Shown piece after piece: positions 16,627 to 29,439 of a stretch of 64,000 nt of DNA. The translations under genes were made by a program, and so were the position numbers. Source of the DNA: the human T2T-CHM13v2.0 reference genome, Homo sapiens; assembly GCF_009914755.1 (NCBI RefSeq), contig NC_060928.1; one strand, given 5' to 3'. Position 1 is the first letter of the stretch, and each line of letters starts with the position of its first letter. The notes beneath the pieces are model-generated. The model saw only the letters and a program-made list of their open reading frames with translations. It was not told the DNA's origin and did no database searches.

Positions 16627-17684
16627 GTGTCTGTTCATGTCCTCTGCCAACTTTTTAATGGGGTTGTTTATTTTTCTTTTTTTCTTGTAGATTTAAGTTC
16701 CTTATAGATGCTGAATGTTAGACCTTTGTCAGATGCATTGTCAGATGCATAGTTGGCAAAAAAATTTTTTTTACCTGGTGTTCTATAGACAATCCATAAC
16801 CTATAGACAACCATTCTATAGATTGTCTGCTTACTCTGCTGATAGTTTCTTTAGCTGTGCAGAAGCTCTTTTGTTTAATTAGACTTCATTTGTCAACCTT
16901 TGCTTTTGTTGCGATTACTTTTGGCATCTTCCTTATAAAATCTTTGCCTGTTCCTATGTCCAAAATGGTATTGCCTAGGTTGTCTTTAGGGTTTTTATAG
17001 TTTTGAGTTTTACATTTAAGTCTTCAATCCCATTTGAGTTGATTTTTGTATGTGGCATAAGGAATTTTCTGCATATGGCAAGCCAGTTTTCCCATCACCA
17101 TTTATTGACTAGGGAATCCTTTCCCCATTGCATGTTTTTGTCAGCTTTATCAAAGATCATATGGTTGTAGGTGGATGGCCTTATTTCTGGGCTATGTATT
17201 CTGTTCCATTGGTCTGTGTGTCTGCTTTTGTACCAGTACCATGCTGTTTTGGTTATTGTAGCCCTTTAGTAGAGTTTGACTTTGGGTAGCGTGATTCCTC
17301 CAGGTTTGTTCTTTTTGCATAGGATTGCCTTGGCCATTTGGGCTCTTTTTGGGTTCCACATGAATTTTAAAATAGTTTTTTCTAGTTCTGTGAAGAATGT
17401 CATTGGTAGTTTGACAGGAATAGCATTGAATCTATAAATTGCTTTGGACAGTATGGCCATTTTATTGGTTCTTCCTATCCATGAGCATGGAATGTTTTTC
17501 CATTTGTTTGTGTAATCTCTGATTTCTCTGAGCAGTTTTTTATAGTTTTCATTGTAGAGATCTTTCACCTCCCTGATCATCTGTATTCCTAGGTATTTTA
17601 TTCTTTTTGTGGCCGTTGTGAATGGGAGTTCATTTCTGATTTGGCTCTTGGTTTGATGGTTGTTGGTGTATAGGAATACTAGTG

Positions 17685-19420
17685 ATTTTTTTTATTTTAT
17701 TTTTCCATAAGTTATTGGGGTACAAGTGGTATTTGGTTACATGAGTAAGTTCTTTAGTGGTGATTTGTGAGATCCTGGTGCACCCATCACCTGAGCAGTA
17801 TACTCTGCACCACAAATATTATCTTTTATCCCTCATTCTGTCCCACTCTTCCCTCCAAGTCCCCAAAGTCCATTGTATCATTCTTATGCCTTTGGGTCCT
17901 CATAGCTTAGCTCCCACATATCACTGAGAACATATGATGTTTGGTTTTACATTCCTGAGTTACTTCACTTAGAATACTAGTCTCCAGTCTCATCCAGGTC
18001 ATCACAAATGCTGTTAATTTATTCCTTTTTATGGTTGGGTACTATTCCATCATATATATATATACCACAGTTTCCTTATCCACTCGTTGATTGATGGGCA
18101 TTTGGGTTGGTTCCACGATTTTGCAATTGTGAATTGTGTTGCTATAAACATGCGTGTGCAAGTATCTTTTTCGAATAATGACTTCTTTTCTACTGGGTAG
18201 ATACCCAGTAGTGGGATTGCTGGATCAAATAAACTAGTTTACATTCCCACCAGCAGTGTAGAGGTGTTCCCTGATCGCTGCATCCATGCCAACATCTACT
18301 GTTTTTTATTTTTTTGATTGTAGCCATTCTTGCAGGAGTAAGGTGGTATCGCATTGTGGCTTTGATTTGCATTTGCCTGATCATTGGTGATGTTGAGCAT
18401 TTTTTCATGTGTTTGTTGGCCATTTGTATATCTTCTTTTGAGAATTGTCTATTCATGTCCTTAGCCCACTTTTTGATGGGATTGTTTGTTTTTTTCTTAC
18501 TGATTTGTTTGAGTTCACTGTAGATTCTGGATGTTAGTCCTTTTCAGATATATAGATTGTGAAGATTTTCTCCCACTCTGTGGGTTGTCTGTTTACTCTG
18601 CTGACTGTTCCTTTTGCCATGCAAAAGCTGTTTAGTTTAATTAGGTCACAGCTATTTATCTTTGTTGTTATTGCATTAGCTTTTGGGTTTTTGGTCACGA
18701 AATCCTTGCCTAAGCCAATGTCTAGAAGGGTTTTTGTCTAGACATTGTCTAGACAATGTCTAGAATATTATGTTCTAGAATTTTTATAGTTTCAGGTCTT
18801 AGGTTTAAGTCCTTCATCATCCATCTTGAGTTGATTTTTGTATAAGGTTAGAGATGAAGATCCAGTGTCATCCTCCTACATGTGGCTAGCCAATTATCCA
18901 AGCACCATTTGTTGAAAGGGAGTCCTTTCCCCATTTTATGTTTTTGTTTGCCTTGTCAAAGATCAGTTGGCTATAAGTATTTGGGTTTATTTATGGGATC
19001 TCTATTCTGTTCCACTGGTCTATGTGCCTGTTTTTATACCAGTACCATGCTGTTTTGGTGACTATGGCCTTATAGTTTCAAATCAAGTAGTGTGATGCCT
19101 CCAGATTTGTTATTTTTGCTTAGTCTTGCTTTGGCTGTGTGGGATCTCTTTTGGTTCCATATGAATTTTAGAATTGTTTTTTCTAACTCTGTGAAGAATG
19201 ATGATGGTATTTTGGTGGGGATTGCATTGAATTTGTAGATTGCTTTTGGCAGTATGGTCATTTCCATAATATTGATCCTATCCATCCATGAGCACGGGAT
19301 ATGTTTTCATTTGTTTGTGTTGTCTATGATTTCTTTCAGCAGTGTTTTGTAGTTTTCCTTACAAATGTCTTTTGACTCCTTTGTTAGGTATATTCCTAAA
19401 TATTTTATTTTTTGCAGCTA
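17685..19420 (-). mobile_element. 5'-truncated L1PB1-like element nested in the L1PA
   Basis: L1PB 3' end 'ttccataagttattggggtacaagtggtatttggttacatgag'; host ORF2 resumes at 'ttgattttgtatcctg' ~19427. Confidence 0.85.
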
Positions 19421-20020
19421 TCGTTTGTTGATTTTGTATCCTGACAGTTTGCTGAAGTTGTTTATCAGCTTAAGGAGCTTTTGGACTGAGACTGTGGGGT
19501 TTTCTAGATATAGAAGCATGCCATTTGCAAACAGGGATAGTTTGACCTTCTTCCTATTTGGATACTCTTTATTTCTCTCTTCCCTGATTGCTCTGGCCAG
19601 GATTTCCAATATTATGTTGAATATGAGTGGTGAGAGAAGACATCCTTGTCTTGTGCCAGTTTCCAAGGGGAATGCTTCCAGCTTTTGCCCATTTGGTACA
19701 ATGTTGGTTGTGGATTTGTAATAGATGGCTCTTATTATTTTGAAGTATGTTCCTTCAATGCCTAGTTTATTGAGAGTTTTTAAAATGAAGGGGCGTTGAA
19801 TTTTATCAAAAGCCATTTCAGCATCTATTGAGAGGATCATATGGTTTTTGTCTTTAGTTCTGTTTATGTGATGAATCACATTTATTGAATTGCATATGTT
19901 GAACCAACCTTGCATCCCAGGGATAAAGCCTACTTGGTCATGGTGCATAAGCTTTTTGCTATGCTGCTGGATTGGGTTTGCCAGTATTTTGTTGAGGATT
20001 TTTACACCAGTGTTTACCAA
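19418..20020 (-). pseudogene. L1 ORF2 reverse transcriptase fragment (200 aa, degenerate)
   Basis: [29 protein letters not shown]; catalytic FADD motif reads FANG. Confidence 0.9.
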
Positions 20021-20674
20021 AGATATTGGCCTGAAGTTTTTTTTTGTTGAGCCTCTGCCAGCTTTTGGTAGCAGGATGATGCTGGCCTCATAGAATGAAT
20101 TAGGGAGGAGTCCCTTTGGAATAGTTTCAGTAGGAATGCTACCAGCTCTTCTTTGTACATCTCATAAAATTCGTCTGTGAATCTGTCTGGTCCTGGGCTT
20201 TTTCTCATTGGTAGGCTATATATTTCTGATTCAATTTTGGAGCTCATTGGCCTTTTAAGGGATTCAATTTCTTCCTGGTTCAGTCTTGAGAGGCTGTGTC
20301 CAGGAATTTATCAATTTCTTTTAGATTTTCTAGTTCGTGTACATAGAGGTGTTCATAATATTCTCTGATGGTTATTTTATTTCTGTGTGGTCAGTGGTAA
20401 TATCCCATTGTCTTTTCTATTTATGTATATTTGTGTCTTCTCTCTTTTTTCATTTTTAGTCTAGCTACTGGTCTGTGTATTTTATTATTTTTTTCAAAAA
20501 AACACACTTCTAGATTCATTGACATTTTGAATGGTTTTTCATCTCTCAATCTTCTTCAGTTCAGCTTTGATTTTGGTTATTTCTTGTCTTCTGCTACCTT
20601 TGAGGTTACTTTGCTCTTGATTTTCTGGTTCTTTCAGTTGTGATGTTAAGTTGTTAAACTGAGGTCTTCCTAAC

Positions 20675-20979
<305 letters not shown>

Positions 20980-21960
20980 AAGTCTTTCTAACTTTTTGAT
21001 GTAAGTGTTTAGTGCTGTAAATTTCCCTCTTAACACTGCCTTAGCAGTATGCCTGAGATTCTGGTACGTTGTATCTTTGTTCTCATCAGTTTCAAAGAGC
21101 TTCTTGATTTCTGCCTTAGTTTCATTACTTACCCAAAAGTCCTTCAGGAGCAGGTTATTCAGTTTCCATGTAATTATATGATTTTGAGTGAATTTCTCAG
21201 TCTTGATCTCTAATTTTATTGTGTTATGGTCTGAGAGAGTAGTTGTTATGATTTCAGTTATTTTGCACTTGCTGAAGGGTGTTTCATATCTGATTATGTG
21301 ATTGATTTTAGAGTATGTGCCATGTGGCAATGAGAGGAATGTATATTCTGTTGTTTGGTGGTGGAGAGTTCTGTAGATATTTATCAGGCCCATTTGATCC
21401 AGTGCTGAGTTCAGGTCCCAAATTATCTTTGTTAATTTTCTGCCTTGATGGTCTGTCTGATACTGTCAGTGGGGTATTGAAGTCTCCCAGTATTATTGTG
21501 TGGGAATCTAAGTCTATTTGAATGTCCTTAAGAACTTGCTTTATGAATCTGGGTTCTCCGATGTTGTGTGTCCATATATTTAGGATAGTTTCTTGTTGAA
21601 TTGAACCCTTTACCATTATGTAATGCCCTTCTTTGTCTTTTTAAATCTTTCTTGTTTTAAAATCTGTTTGGCCTGAAATTAGGACTGCAGCCCCTTATTT
21701 TTTTCTGTTTTCATTTGCTTGGTAGATTTTTCTCCATCCCTTTATTTTGAGCCTATGAGTGTCGTTACATGTCAGATGGGTCTCTTGAAGACAGTATACC
21801 ACTGGGTCTTGCTTCCTTCTCCAGCTTGCCACTCTGTGCCTTTTAATTGGGGCATTTAGCCCATTTACATTCAAGATTAGTATTCATATGTGAGGATTTG
21901 ATCCTGTCATCATGATGTCAGCCAGTTATTATGTGATTTGTTTGTGTGGTTGCTTTATAG

Positions 21961-22297
21961 CAGGGGTCCCCAACCCACAGGCCATGGATCAGTACTGGTC
22001 CATGGCCTGTTAGGAACCGGGCCACACAGCAGGAAGTGAGTGGTGGGCAGGTGAGCGAGCATTACCACCTGAGCTCCACCTCCTGTCAGACCAACAGGGG
22101 CATCAGATTCTCATAAGAGTGTGAACCTTATTGTGAACTACACATGCGAGGGATCTAGGTTGTGTGCTCCTTTTGAGAATCTAACTAATGCCTGATAACG
22201 TGAGGTGGAACAGTTTCATCCCAAAACCATCCCTCACCCCTGGTTGTGGAAAAATTGTCTTCCACAAAAACAGTCCTTTGTGCCAAAAAGGTTGGGG
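21961..22297. mobile_element. MER1B (hAT-Charlie MITE)
   Basis: caggggtccccaacc...gtgccaaaaaggttgggg; 8-bp TSD (c/t)tttatag; last few bases of the right TIR lost. Confidence 0.88.
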
Positions 22298-25200
22298 TTT
22301 TATAGTGTCACTGGTCTGTGTACTGAAGTGTGTTTCTGTAGTAGCTGGTAATGGTCTTTCCTTTACATATTTAGTATTTCCTTCAGGAACTCTTGTAAGG
22401 CAGGACTGGTGGTAACAAATTCCCTCAGCATTGCTTGTCTGAAAAAGGTTTCAATGTACTCCTGCATCTCAGTGATCTTCATTCCTATCCATATCCTGAA
22501 TTCTATTTCTGTCATTTCAGCCATCTCAGCCCAGTTCAGAATCCTTGCTGGAGAGGTAATGTCATTTGGAGGATAGAAGGCACTCTGGTTTTTTGAGTTG
22601 TCAGAGTTCTTGCAGTGGTTCTTTCTCATCTTTGTGGGGTGGTGTTTCCTCAAGCTTTGAAGTTGCTGTTTTTGATGACCTTGAGGGTTTGACTGTGGTA
22701 TAAGGTAGGTTTAGTCAATTGGTTTCATTTCTGGAAGGTTTTAGGAGGCCAACACTCAGCTCCCATCTCCTAGACTGCATGCCCTAAGGGATTCGTATCA
22801 GACCCCAACTTTGTTCTCTGGCTCCTCAACATTAGGAAACCACTGGGCTGAGGGAGACAAGGTGTGCTTGGACCACTAGGCACTACACTCTGATGGGTGG
22901 TGCCAGCCAAAGCCTTTCATAGGGTGATGGCAGCAGGCTCCATCCTCATTCACACATGCCAGCATCAGGGACGGCGGCAGTGCAACGGGGTGCATGACGC
23001 ATGCCTGTCGCTATGGTAGGTGCAAGCGGGTGCCGGGGGCCTGCCTCCATGCAAGTGTTCACAGCAGTGGCAGAGGCAGCATGGCTCAGGAAGGTGGAGG
23101 CCCCCCAGTTGGCAACTGTGCACACAGTTGTGCTGGTGGTAGTGTTAGCACGTGGGTAGGGTGCTGGTGGATGCAGGTCTGTGTGTGCCCTCTGTGGCTA
23201 CTCAGAGTTGGGAAGTCTCCAGTGTTTTCCACTACCACTCTGGTGGTAGTGTTGATGCAGGCACAGGGTGCTGGTGGGGGTGGCAGGCCCTGTGCTCACC
23301 AAGGCTCTAACTGAAATGGCAATACAGCAGGGGATGGGTGGCAGAGTGCACTTCTGCCAGCAACAGAGGCAGCACAGGGTGCGTGCGCACATGGGTGCTA
23401 GCAGGGCAAGAAAGGCAAAATCTACCCTCATATTCACGTACCGACACAGCAATGTAAGGGGGCTACGGGCCAGGGAGATGCTGCAGCTGCAGGAGGGAGT
23501 AGGCAGGCTGGTGTGTAGTCATGGGTGCTTCCTTGCTGGAGCTCTCTACCAGTCAGGCATGGTCCACCAACACAGGAGCTATGATGCGGCACCCTAGGGC
23601 ACCCAGGGCTGTATTGCAAGCAGTTATGGCCAGGATGGGACCCCAAGAGAGGCCAGGAGACCAAGGATTGCTGAGGTCGGACTGGCCCTGTCTGATGGGC
23701 AAGACCACCCTAAAGAGTTCAGGTCCAACAGTTTCCCTAGGGCTAAAGTCTCCTATGGAAGCAAGTTGAGCCTGGGGAATGGGCGTCCCTGGCCATACTC
23801 CACTACAGATGCTCCCACACCAAACACTCTGGGCTCTGCATAGCTGGTATGCTGCCCCTACCACTTCTCTTAGCAGCTCTCCCTGCCAACTGTAGTGTCT
23901 GTGATGGCCAAGGGGTCTCCTCCTGCCAGGATTCCAGAGGCCCATTGTGAGAGCAGATTGCTCCTTGCCAGTTCAAGTCACTCATTCCCCCAGAGTCATT
24001 GGAAGCCAGGAAGGAGTCACAGTGAGGAGTTACCCTGGGCAGAACTCTCAGCTTCCTCCCACCTCAGCTTGGCTTCAGTGTCTTCCTTCCAGGCACCCTC
24101 AGTGCCTTCCCTCTGAAGCTCTGTTAGGAGTGTGCCCATCATCCCAGTCCCTCAGTGACAGCTGTTCCACCTGACTGCATCAAGTCAGCCATCTCACCCC
24201 AAGCCAGCACTGCTACCCCACCATCTGCCAGGGAATCCTCAGATTCTGGGAGCAACACACACCACCTATTTTTAGTTTGTTGGGGAACTTCCAAACTGTT
24301 CCTTATAGTGGTTGTACTAGTTTACATTCCTACCAACAGCATACTGATCTCCACATCCTCACCAGTATTTGTTATTGCCTCTTTTTGATGAAAGCCATTC
24401 TAACTGGGGTGAGATGATATCTCATTGTGTTTTTGATTTGCATTTCTCTGATGATCAATGATGTTGAGCACCTTTTCATGTACCTGTTTCTCATTTGTAT
24501 GTCTTCTTTTGAGAAATGTTTGAGATCTTTTGCCGATTTTTTAATCGAATTCTTAGATTTATTTTTTTCCTATGGAGTTGTTTCAGCTTCTTATAGTTTC
24601 TGGTTATTAATCCCTTGCCAGATGGGGTAGTTTGCAAATATGTTATTCTATTCTGTGGGTTGTCTCTTCCCTTTGTTGATTATTTCCTTTGCTGTGCAAA
24701 AGCTTTTTAACTTAATGTGATCCCATTTGTCCATTTTTGCTTTGCTTGCCTGTGCTTCTGAGGTATTACTTTGTCCAGTCCAATGTCCTAGAGAGTTTCC
24801 CCAATGTTTTCTTATAGTAGTTTCACAGTTTGAGGTCTTAGATTTAAGGCTTTGATCCATTTTGATTTGATTTTTGTATATGGCAAGAGATAGGGGTCTT
24901 GTTTCATTCTTTTGCATATGGCTATCCGGTTTTCCAAGTACCATTCATTGCCAACGTACACTCTTGGCAACTTTATCAAAAATGAGTTCAATATAGGTGT
25001 ATGGATTTATTTCTGGGTTCTCTATTCTGATCCACTGGTCTATGTGTCTCATTTTATGCCACTATCATGCTGTTTTGTACTATAGCTCTATAGCTTAATT
25101 TGAAGTTAGGGAATGTGATTCCTCCAGTTTTGTTCTTTTTTGCTCAGGATAGCCTTGGCTACTCTAGGTCTTTTGTGGTCCCATATAAATTAAAATTTTT

Positions 25201-26211
25201 TTTTTTCCATTTCTGTGAAGAATATCATAGGTATTTTGATAAGGATTGCATTGAATCTGTAGATTGCATTGGGTAGTATGGACATTTTATCAATATTGAT
25301 TCAATCCATGAATATGGAATACCTTTCCATTTTGTGTGTGTGTCGTTTTCCATTTCTTTCACCAATGTTTTATAGTTTTCATTGTAGAGCTCTTTCACTT
25401 CTTTGGCTAATTCCTAGGTATTTTATTTTATGTGTAGCTGTTGTAAATAGGATTACTTTCTTAATTTCTTTTTAGATTGTTCACCGTTGGCACACAGAAA
25501 TACTACTGATTTTTTATGTTGATTTTGTATCCTGTAACTTTACTGAATTTGTTTATCAGATCTAATAGTTTTTGGTGGAGTCTTTAAATTTTTCCAAATA
25601 TAAGATCATATTATCTTCAAATAAGGATAATTTGACTTCTTCCTTTCAAATCTGGATGCCCTTTATTTCTTTATCTTGCCTAATTTCTCTGGTTAGAACT
25701 TGCAGTACTATGCTGAACAATAGTGGTGAAAGTGGGCATCCTTGTCATGTTCCAGATCTTAGAGGAAAGGCTTTCAGTTTTTCCCCATTCAGTATGATAC
25801 CAGCTGTAGCTCTGTTGTATATGGATTTTATTATGCTGAAGTACATTCCCTCAATACCCAGTTTCTTAAGGGTTTTCATCATTAAGGGATGTTGAATTTT
25901 ATCAAATGCTTTTTTGGCACCAATTGAAATGATTACATCTGTCCTTCGTTCTGTTGATATGATGTATCACATTGGTTAATTTGCACATTTTAAACCATCC
26001 TTGCATCCCTGGAATATATTACACTTGGTCATGAAGAATGATCTTTTTAATGTGTTGTTGAATTTGGTTTGCTAGTATTTCTTTGAGGATTTTTGCACCA
26101 ATATTTATCAGTGATATGGGCCTGTCATTTTTTTTGTTTTTTGTTTTTGATGTGTCTTTGTCTGGTTTTGGTATCAGAGTAATACTGGCCTTGTAGAATG
26201 AATTTGGAAGT

Positions 26212-26566
26212 TGTATTAGTCCATTTTCATGCTGCTGATAAAGACATACCTGAGACTGGGCAATTTACAAAAGAAACAGGTTTAATCAGGCTTACAGTTC
26301 CACATGGCTGGGGAGGCCTCACAATCATGGTGGAAGGCAAGGAGGAGCAAGTCACGTCTTACATGGATGGTGGGAGGCAAAGAGAGAGCTTGCTCAGGGA
26401 AACTCCCCCTTATATTACCATCAGATCTCATGAGACTCATTCACTGTCATGAGAACAGCATGGGAAAGACCTGCCCCCATGATTCAGTTATCTCCCACTG
26501 GGTCCCTTCCACAACACATGGGAATTAAAGATGAGATTTGGGTGGGAACACAGCCAAACCATATCA
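26212..26566 (-). mobile_element. THE1B/C solo LTR in L1MA ORF2
   Basis: tgtattagtcc...aaaccatatca; perfect TSD gaagt at 26207-26211 and 26567-26571. Confidence 0.95.
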
Positions 26567-29287
26567 GAAGTATTCCCTCCTCCACTATTTTTTGGAATAG
26601 TTTGAGTAGGATTGTTATTAGTTCTTCTTTAAATGTTTGGTACAATTACAGTAGTAAAGCCATCAAGTCCATGGCATTTCTGCCCTGGGATACTTTTTAT
26701 TACAACTTTGATCTCATTAATCGTTATTGGTCTGTTCAGGTTTTGGATTTCTTCATGGCTTAATCTTAGTAGAGTGTATGAGTCTAGGAATTTATCCATA
26801 TCTTCTAGATGTTTTAATTCATTGGCATATAGTTGCTAATAGTAGCCACTAATAATCCTTTGAATTTCTGCAGTAACAGTTGTAATGTCTCCTTTTTCAT
26901 CTTTAATTTTATTTATTTGGGTCTTCTCCCTACTTTTCTTAGTCTGGCTAAAGGTTTGTCGATTTTGTTTAAATTTTCAAAAATCAACTTTTTGTTTTGT
27001 TTATCTTTTGTATTTTTTTCACTTCAACTTCATTTATTTCTGGTCTGATCTTTATTATTTCTTCTAATTTTGGGGTGGTTTGCTCTTGCTTTTCCAGTTC
27101 TTTAAGACATATTGTTAGCTTATTTATTTGATGTTTTTCTTTTTTGTTGATGTAGGTACTCATAGCTATAAACTTTCCTCAAAGTATTGCTTTCATTGTA
27201 TCCTATAGCTTTTGGTCTGTTGTGTTTCCATTATCATTTGTTTCAAGAAGTTTTCAATTTTCTTCTGTGAATTACTTCATTGAAACACTGGTCATTCAGG
27301 AGTGTATTGTTGAATTTCCATGTGTTTGTATAGTTTCCAAAATTACTTTTTTTTTTTTTTACCTATTTCTAATTTTATTTAATTGTGGTTAGGGAAGATG
27401 CTTGATATTATTTCCATTATTTAGAATGTTTTAAGACCTGTTTTGTCACCTAACGTATGGTTTATCCTTGAGAATGATCCTTGTGCTAAGGAAAAGAATG
27501 TATATTCTGCAGCCATTCAGTGACATGTTCTGTAAATATCTATTGATTCCATTTGGTCTATAATGCAGATAAAGCCTGATGTTTCTTTATTGATTTTCTA
27601 TGTGGAAGATCTGTCCAATGCTGAAAGTGGGTGGTTGAAGTCCCCAGTTATTATTGTATTGGAGTCTATCCCTCTCTTTAGCTCTAATAATATTTGCTTT
27701 ATATATCTGGGTGCTTCAGTCCTAGGTGCATATATATTTATAATTACTGTATCCTCTTGCTGAGTCAACTCCTTTATTATTACATAATGACCTTTGTTGT
27801 CTCTTCTTATCATTTTTGTCTTGAGATCTATTTTGTCTGCTATGAGTATAGCTACTCTGGCTATTTTTTTGTTTCCATTAACATGAAATATCTTTTTCCA
27901 TTCCTTTATTTTCAGTCTATTTGTGTCTTTATAAAAGAATTGTATTTCTTATAGGCAACAGATAATTGGATCTTGGTTTTTATCCATTCAGCCAATCAAT
28001 GTCTTTTGATTGGAGAGTTTAGTTCATTGATATCCAATGTTATTATTGATAAGGACTTAGTTGTGCCATTTTGTTATTTCTTTTCTGGTTGTTTGATGGC
28101 CTGCTGTTTCTTCTTTTCTTCCTTCCTGTCTTCCATTTAGTGAAGCTGATTTTCTCAGGTGGCATTATTTCTTGATTTTTATTTTTTGTGTATCCATTGT
28201 ATGTTTTTTGACTTTAGGTTACCATCTGGTTTGCAAATACTGTCTTATAACCCATTAGTCTAAGCTGATAACAACACTAGCATAAACAAACTAACAAAAA
28301 GAAAAGTAACCCTAACTCTATATTTTAACTTTGTTCCCCACTTTTTAACTTTTCATTTTTTCTACTTATATATTATTGTGCAGTCTGTGGCTTGAATAGT
28401 TGTTGTAGTTACTATTTTTGATTGGTTCATCTTTTAGTCTTTCTGTCTAAAAAAACATAGTTTATACACCACAGTTACAGTTTTATAATATTCTGTATTT
28501 TTCTGTGTGCTTATGATTACCAATTAGTTTTATACCTTCAGATGATTTATTATTGCTCATTAGCATCCTTTTCTTTCTGATTGAAATACTCCCTTTAGCC
28601 TTTCTTGTTGAACAGGTCTGGTATTCATGGAATCCCTCAGCTTTTGTTTTTCTGGGAAAGTAATTTTATTTCTTCTTCATGTTTGAAGGATATTTTTGCT
28701 GGATATACTATTCCAGCATAAAAGTTTTATTCCTTGAGCACCTTAAACATGTCATGCCCTCTCTCCTAGCCTGTGAAGTTTCCTCTGAAAAGTCTACTGC
28801 TAGATGTATTGAAGCACCTTTGTATGTTATTTGTTTCTGTTTCTTTTCTCTTGCTGCTTTCAGGATCTGTTTTTTTATCCTTGACCTTTGGGAAGGATCT
28901 TCCCAAAGATCCTTTGAGAGTTTGGTTATTAAATGCCTTGAGGTAGTATTCTTTGGGGTAAGTCTTCTTGGCATTCTATAACCTTCTTACACTTGGATAT
29001 TGATAAGTATCTCTAGGTTTAGGAAGTTATTATCCCTTTGAATAACTCTTCTCCCCTATCTCTTTCTCTACCTCCTCTTTAGGACCAATAACTTTTAGAT
29101 TTGCCCTTTTGAGGCTATTTTCTAGATCTCGTAGGTATGCTTCATTCTTTATTCTTTTTTCTTTTGTCTCCTTTGACTGTGTATTTTCAAATAGCATGTC
29201 TTCAAGCTCACTAATTCTTTCATCTGTTTGACCAATTCTGCTATTAAAAGACCATGATGCATTCTTCAGTATGTTGGTTGCATTTTT

Positions 29288-29439
29288 TTATTCTTAAACT
29301 TTTTATTATGAAAAATGTCAAATAGTACAATAAACATCCACAGACATATAATTATCTAGATTTAACAATTGTGAATATTATTGTGTTTGCTTCATTCATC
29401 TCTTTCTCCTCACCCTCTTCTTTTTTTTTTTGCTGAATC
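29288..29439 (-). other. SVA 3' transduction (~150 bp)
   Basis: Sequence foreign to the host L1 between the SVA poly(A) and the distal TSD; AATAAA on the minus strand at 29302-29307. Confidence 0.85.

Noticed and set aside
22994-24174. Cluster of ORFs in GC-rich DNA
   Set aside because: Inside the L1PA 5'UTR bounded by the TSD at 24266; no recognisable protein
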